Source: Escherichia phage CJY920. From it: DNA of 64,000 bases. Each line of letters begins with the position of its first letter. The first letter of the stretch is position 1. Below, piece by piece: positions 59,521 through 64,000 of this stretch. Made by a program: the position numbers and the translations under genes. The notes beneath the pieces are model-generated. The model ran no database searches. It was not told where the DNA came from and saw only the letters and a list, made by a program, of their open reading frames with translations. The stretch lies in sequence record PQ349265.1. The stretch is one strand, 5' to 3'.

Positions 59521-59884
59521 ATGAAAGCATATCAAATTCTTGAAGGCACGCATAAAGGTACTATTTATTTTGAAGACGGTATTCAAGCACGAATTATTGT
59601 CCTCTAAAACTTTTAAAGAGGACTCTTTTGTAGACCCAGAAATTTTCTATGGTTTGCATGCCCGTGAAATTGAAATTGAAACACAGCCTACAGTTAAAAT
59701 TGAGGGTGGTCAACACCTGAACGTTAACGTTCTGCGTCGTGAAACTCTGGAAGATGCAGTTAAGCATCCGGAAAAATATCCGCAGCTGACCATCCGTGTA
59801 TCCGGTTATGCAGTTCGCTTTAACTCTCTGACTCCGGAACAGCAGCGCGACGTTATCGCTCGTACCTTTACTGAGAGTCTGTAA
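59521..59884 (+). CDS. autonomous glycyl-radical cofactor (GrcA/YfiD-like), reading frame interrupted by an apparent 1-nt frameshift near 59600
   Basis: C-terminal [60 protein letters not shown] has the glycyl-radical motif RVSGYAV; ATG-initiated frame (59521-59607) stops after ...GIQARIIVL while the main frame (from 59540) has no ATG. Confidence 0.65.
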
Positions 59885-60060
59885 TGGCAAAGATAATTAT
59901 TGAAGGTTCTAAAGATGTGCTAAATGCTTTCGCCGAGTGGTTTAGTAATTCAGGCGAACAGCAATTTAATGAAGCATGGAACATGGGTGATATTAGTGGA
60001 ATTTATCCTACGACAGAAATTTCTGTTAGGGATATGGCATTCATGAACCTATTCGTTTAG
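59884..60060 (+). CDS. hypothetical small protein
   Basis: 58-aa ORF below the track cutoff; TAATG overlap with the preceding stop. Confidence 0.4.
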   Translation: MAKIIIEGSKDVLNAFAEWFSNSGEQQFNEAWNMGDISGIYPTTEISVRDMAFMNLFV

Positions 60061-60096
60061 TTGAATATGATTTAGGTACTGGTGAGGAAGTAAAAT

Positions 60097-60363
60097 ATGA
60101 TTGAAGATATTAAGGGTTATAAGCCACATACTGAAGAGAAAATCGGTAAAGTGAATGCTATCAAAGATGCTGAAGTTCGTTTAGGACTTATCTTTGATGC
60201 TTTATATGATGAATTCTGGGAAGCACTAGATAATTGTGAAGACTGTGAATTCGCGAAGAATTATGCTGAAAGTCTTGATCAGTTAACTATTGCTAAAACG
60301 AAACTCAAAGAAGCCAGTATGTGGGCTTGTCGTGCTGTGTTCCAACCAGAGGAAAAATATTAA
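60097..60363 (+). CDS. hypothetical protein
   Basis: 88-aa ORF; GAGGAAG RBS. Confidence 0.5.
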   Translation: MIEDIKGYKPHTEEKIGKVNAIKDAEVRLGLIFDALYDEFWEALDNCEDCEFAKNYAESLDQLTIAKTKLKEASMWACRAVFQPEEKY

Positions 60364-60641
60364 TGGCCCAATTAAGCGCAGGGTTTGGTTATGAGTATTA
60401 TACTGCCCCTCGTCGTGTATCTGTTGCTCCTAAGAAAATTCAAAGTCTTGATGACTTCCAGGAAGTAGTCCGTAAAGCTTTCCAGGACTATGCACGTTAT
60501 CTTAAAGAAGATTCGCAGGACTGTCTCGAAGAAGATGAAATTGCTTACTATGAGCAGCGTCTTGAACAGCTCAAAAACCTACATGAGGTTCGTGCAGAAG
60601 TTTCAAAGTCTATGAATAAATTGATTAGATTTAAAGAATAA
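60363..60641 (+). CDS. hypothetical protein
   Basis: Track ORF starts at 60321; TAATG overlap start at 60363 gives 92 aa. Confidence 0.45.
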   Translation: MAQLSAGFGYEYYTAPRRVSVAPKKIQSLDDFQEVVRKAFQDYARYLKEDSQDCLEEDEIAYYEQRLEQLKNLHEVRAEVSKSMNKLIRFKE

Positions 60642-60680
60642 CTGTTTACTTTTCCTCTTGACTGTGGTATAATTTTTCTA
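60636..60680 (+). promoter_or_regulatory. T4-type early promoter upstream of the regB-like gene
   Basis: GTTTAC at 60644-60649, 18 nt spacer, TATAAT at 60668-60673. Confidence 0.55.
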
Positions 60681-60700
60681 TCAGTTAAGAGGAGAATAAC

Positions 60701-61162
60701 ATGACTATCAACACAGAAGTTTTTATCCGTCGAAATAAGCTCCGTCGTCACTTTGAGTCGGAGTTTCGTCAAATTAACAATGAGATTCGTGAGGCATCAA
60801 AAGCAGCAGGAGTCTCATCGTTTCATCTAAAATATTCTCAGCATCTTCTTGATCGTGCAATTCAGCGGGAGATTGATGAGACATATGTTTTTGAATTATT
60901 CCACAAAATAAAAGACCATGTTTTAGAAGTTAATGAATTCCTGAGTATGCCTCCGCGTCATGACATTGACGAGGATTTTATTGATGGGGTTGAATATCGT
61001 CCTGGACGTTTAGAAATCACAGATGGAAATCTTTGGCTTGGATTTACAGTTTGTAAACCTAATGCGAAGTTCAAAGACCCGTCACTTCAGTGTAGGATGG
61101 CAATTATCAACAGTCGTCGTTTACCAGGAAAGGCTTCTAAAGCAGTAATTAAAACTCAATGA
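60701..61162 (+). CDS. regB: RegB-like site-specific endoribonuclease
   Basis: 153-aa ORF (the T4 RegB length as I recall); position upstream of vs/tk-region genes; AGAGGAG RBS. Confidence 0.55.
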   Translation: MTINTEVFIRRNKLRRHFESEFRQINNEIREASKAAGVSSFHLKYSQHLLDRAIQREIDETYVFELFHKIKDHVLEVNEFLSMPPRHDIDEDFIDGVEYRPGRLEITDGNLWLGFTVCKPNAKFKDPSLQCRMAIINSRRLPGKASKAVIKTQ

Positions 61163-61169
61163 GGTAAGC

Positions 61170-61715
61170 ATGAGAAAAGCACTACTCGCTGGTCTATTGG
61201 CCATTTCAATGATGGCACATAGCTCCGAGCATACTTTCAGTAATGTCCAACTCGATAACATGCGTTACGCGTATCAATTCGGGGAACAATTTTCCAAGGA
61301 TGGAAAATATAAAACACATAAAAATATCCACAAGAGCGGATTAGGTCATATAATGGCTGCTATTTTATGGCAAGAAAGCTCTGCCGGAGTTAATTTAAAA
61401 TCTAAACCAAAGCATCATGCCTACGGAATGTTCCAAAACTATTTGCCGACCATGCGTGCAAGAGTTAAGGAACTTGGTTATAATATGACTGATGCTGAAA
61501 TAAAAAGAATGTTGAATAAACGGTCCAATTCAGCTTCCTGGGCGTACATTGAACTTTCTTATTGGTTAAATATACATAAGGGAGATATAAGAAAGGCAAT
61601 ATCCTCTTATAATTCGGGATGGAATGTTAAAGCAGGTTCTAAATATGCTTCTGAAGTCCTAGAAAAGGCTAACTACCTTAAAAATAATAAACTGTTGGAA
61701 ATAGTAAATGACTAA
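61170..61715 (+). CDS. secreted lytic-transglycosylase-like (SLT-domain) protein
   Basis: Signal peptide MRKALLAGLLAISMMAHS; SLT motifs ILWQESSAG (catalytic Glu-Ser), AYGMFQ and SSYNSGWN. Confidence 0.55.
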   Translation: MRKALLAGLLAISMMAHSSEHTFSNVQLDNMRYAYQFGEQFSKDGKYKTHKNIHKSGLGHIMAAILWQESSAGVNLKSKPKHHAYGMFQNYLPTMRARVKELGYNMTDAEIKRMLNKRSNSASWAYIELSYWLNIHKGDIRKAISSYNSGWNVKAGSKYASEVLEKANYLKNNKLLEIVND

Positions 61716-62049
61716 AATTTTGGTTTTATGTATAGGATTAATTTCATTTTCTGCGTTAGCAAATACATCATATACTGAAATTAGAGAGTATGTAAACCGT
61801 ACTGCCGCGGATTATTGCGGGAAAAATAAAGCATGCCAAGCTGAATTTGCGCAGAAATTAATATATGCATATAAAGACGGAGAAAGAGATAAATCAAGCA
61901 GATACAAGAACGATACTTTATTAAAACGATATGCTAAAAAGTGGAATACCTTAGAATGTTCAGTTGCGGAGGAGAAAGATAAAGCCGCTTGTCATTCAAT
62001 GGTTGACCGTTTGGTAGATTCTTATAATCGAGGATTGAGCACTAGATGA
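61708..62049 (+). CDS. small secreted protein with four Cys
   Basis: Sec-type signal peptide MTKILVLCIGLISFSALA with AxA-like cleavage site; 113 aa. Confidence 0.5.
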   Translation: MTKILVLCIGLISFSALANTSYTEIREYVNRTAADYCGKNKACQAEFAQKLIYAYKDGERDKSSRYKNDTLLKRYAKKWNTLECSVAEEKDKAACHSMVDRLVDSYNRGLSTR

Positions 62050-62513
62050 TTGTAAAATATATCAAGGGCGATATTGTCGCCCTTTTCACTGAAGGTAAAA
62101 ATATTGCGCATGGATGCAATTGTTTTCATACTATGGGTTCAGGCGTAGCGGGTCAATTAACCAAAGCTTTCCCTAAAATTTTGGAAGCTGATAAATTACA
62201 GACTGAATGGGGTAATGTAACTAAACTCGGTTCTTACTCAGTCTATGAAAAATACTTTAGGACTCATAAAGCGTATTGCTTCAACCTTTATACTCAATTT
62301 CAACCAGGGCCAAATTTTGAGTATTCCGCTTTAATGAATTGTATGTTAGAATTAAATGAGTTTGGTGAAAATAAACTGATTAAACCTACAATCTATATGC
62401 CTAGGATTGGTGCAGGCATAGGTAAAGGGAACTGGGATATTATTGAGGGGATTTTAGATACATATTCCTCTAAATTAGAAATTGTGATTGTTGATTGGGA
62501 ACCGTTATTATGA
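62046..62513 (+). CDS. macro-domain (ADP-ribose binding/processing) protein
   Basis: GDIVALFTEGKNIAHGCNCFHTMGSGVAGQL and PRIGAGIGKG resemble macro-domain signature regions; 155 aa. Confidence 0.55.
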   Translation: MIVKYIKGDIVALFTEGKNIAHGCNCFHTMGSGVAGQLTKAFPKILEADKLQTEWGNVTKLGSYSVYEKYFRTHKAYCFNLYTQFQPGPNFEYSALMNCMLELNEFGENKLIKPTIYMPRIGAGIGKGNWDIIEGILDTYSSKLEIVIVDWEPLL

Positions 62514-62722
62514 ATATACATTATCCACATCCATATGACCCAAAGAATAAGGTAGTAATTATTCGTCAATGGGAACGCATTTGCCGTACTAAATGTCCAA
62601 TTAATAGTCCGCATGATGTAGATAAAGACTACATTGGAACATTCGTTGAATATACCTTTATTGATAAGAAAGGTCGTAAACAGCATGTAGAAGAATACTG
62701 CTTAAAGGTTACATGGTTATGA
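62510..62722 (+). CDS. hypothetical small protein
   Basis: ATGA overlap start; 70 aa; Cys/His-containing. Confidence 0.4.
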   Translation: MNIHYPHPYDPKNKVVIIRQWERICRTKCPINSPHDVDKDYIGTFVEYTFIDKKGRKQHVEEYCLKVTWL

Positions 62723-62925
62723 GCCAAACTAGTATTCTTAAAAATGCCCATTGTGAAAAGTGTAAATGGCCAGTTGTTTTTGCTTTATGCAACGATGAAA
62801 TGGCTTGTGATTTCGATTATTGGTGCTATTGTTCTAATAAAGGATGCATCAATCATAAAGGTGAAGGATTTTATTCGGGATTTTATCCTTATCCAGATTT
62901 CGTTAAAGAAGGTAAACCGAAATGA
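62719..62925 (+). CDS. hypothetical Cys-rich small protein
   Basis: ATGA overlap start (track alternative 62713); CEKCKW...CDFDYWCYCSNKGC. Confidence 0.4.
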   Translation: MSQTSILKNAHCEKCKWPVVFALCNDEMACDFDYWCYCSNKGCINHKGEGFYSGFYPYPDFVKEGKPK

Positions 62926-63095
62926 ATAGTTTTGAGTTACAGTATGAAGTGTTACGTGAGCTTGATAATTTAATTGAACTCGCTGTCAATAAAGGTTTTG
63001 CCATTGGAATTGGTCAAAAAGATACTGATCATTTAACTATGGAAATATTTAAGCAAAAACGAATTATTTTAAAACTTCTGGAAATTAATATATGA
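62922..63095 (+). CDS. hypothetical small protein
   Basis: 57-aa ORF below the track cutoff; ATGA overlap at both ends. Confidence 0.35.
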   Translation: MNSFELQYEVLRELDNLIELAVNKGFAIGIGQKDTDHLTMEIFKQKRIILKLLEINI

Positions 63096-63277
63096 GTCTG
63101 AGCAAAGAACAAAAAGATAAATTGTTTGAGCTTATCCATGAACTTCTAGATGAGCATACAGAAGCAAACACCTTTTATGATGAATACGGCCCGCTATCTC
63201 CCGAACAGCAGGAAGAATTTGCTGATCGGTTTGATAAGAAAGAAAATGAATTAATAGCTTATGTGAATACGCTTTAA
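63092..63277 (+). CDS. hypothetical acidic small protein
   Basis: 61-aa ORF with ATGA overlap. Confidence 0.4.
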   Translation: MSLSKEQKDKLFELIHELLDEHTEANTFYDEYGPLSPEQQEEFADRFDKKENELIAYVNTL

Positions 63278-63286
63278 GAAGGTGAT

Positions 63287-63868
63287 ATGGCGAGTTTAAT
63301 TTTTACTTATGCAGCAATGAATGCTGGAAAATCTGCTTCTCTTTTGACTGCTGCACATAATTATAAAGAACGTGGAATGAGTGTATTAGTTCTTAAGCCT
63401 GCTATTGATACTCGCGATTCTGTCTGTGAAGTCGTTTCTCGCATTGGAATTAAGCAGGAAGCGAATATTATTACAGATGATATGGATATTTTTGAGTTCT
63501 ATAAATGGGCTGAAGCACAAAAAGATATTCATTGTGTATTTGTAGATGAAGCTCAGTTTTTAAAAACTGAACAGGTGCATCAATTAAGTCGAATTGTTGA
63601 TACATATAATGTTCCTGTTATGGCTTATGGTCTAAGGACTGATTTCGCCGGAAAATTATTTGAAGGTTCTAAAGAACTTTTGGCGATTGCAGATAAACTT
63701 ATTGAACTAAAGGCAGTTTGTCATTGTGGTAAAAAAGCTATTATGACAGCTCGATTAATGGAAGATGGAACACCAGTTAAAGAAGGTAATCAAATCTGTA
63801 TTGGTGATGAAATTTATGTTTCTTTGTGTAGAAAACATTGGAACGAATTAACTAAAAAGCTCGGTTAG
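63287..63868 (+). CDS. tk: thymidine kinase
   Basis: 193-aa ORF; P-loop AMNAGKSAS; C-terminal Cys pairs typical of TK1-type kinases. Confidence 0.9.
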   Translation: MASLIFTYAAMNAGKSASLLTAAHNYKERGMSVLVLKPAIDTRDSVCEVVSRIGIKQEANIITDDMDIFEFYKWAEAQKDIHCVFVDEAQFLKTEQVHQLSRIVDTYNVPVMAYGLRTDFAGKLFEGSKELLAIADKLIELKAVCHCGKKAIMTARLMEDGTPVKEGNQICIGDEIYVSLCRKHWNELTKKLG

Positions 63869-63910
63869 TGCAAAAGTTATAAATAGGTTTATCTAACTAA
63901 AGGGGTATAT

Positions 63911-64000
63911 ATGCTACAATTAACTGAAAAGCAACTTCGCAATCTTACTGTTCTTCAATTAGATGAAATTCGTAGGGAAGTTGGAAATATCATTTCAGCT
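63911..64000 (+). CDS. ORF start (runs off the window end)
   Basis: ATG at 63911 after a GGGG-containing RBS; open to the window end. Confidence 0.3.

Overview
This window is a T4-like (Tevenvirinae) myovirus genome segment, in reverse orientation to the canonical T4 map. Gene order: partial 48; baseplate hub 29-28-27-51 (minus) and 26-25 (plus); uvsY operon; uvsW/uvsW.1; inh-hoc; rnlB; head 24-23-22-21-68-67-20; tail 19-18; terminase 17-16; neck 15-14-13; wac; baseplate 12-11-10-9-8-7-6, 5.4, 5, 53; then plus-strand 4-2-3-1-57A-57B-ipI, a tRNA cluster with segB, small early ORFs, nudE, e (lysozyme), an ipII-like gene, a GrcA-like gene, a RegB-like gene, two signal-peptide proteins, a macro-domain protein and tk. 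Proteins are very close to T4 as I remember it, and gene names and lengths quoted for T4 are from memory, not a database search. The window carries eight homing-endonuclease-type ORFs (4 GIY-YIG, 3 HNH, 1 nuclease inside gene 17), most in junctions I recall as uninterrupted in T4. The most striking feature is gene 17 (terminase large subunit), fractured into two separately translated halves carrying split-intein-like fragments with a free-standing endonuclease ORF between them. Other anomalies: a Thr-anticodon tRNA whose acceptor stem cannot pair, apparent frameshifts in segB and in a GrcA-like gene, and an early-gene cluster encoding a secreted lytic-transglycosylase-like protein, a small periplasmic protein and a macro-domain protein. 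Late (TATAAATA), early (GTTTAC-N18-TATAAT-like) and one MotA-box middle promoter plus GC-hairpin terminators are recognisable. No CRISPR array, rRNA or IS/transposon was seen. The six-frame track uses TTG/GTG starts in several places; I moved starts to the first plausible ATG where noted.
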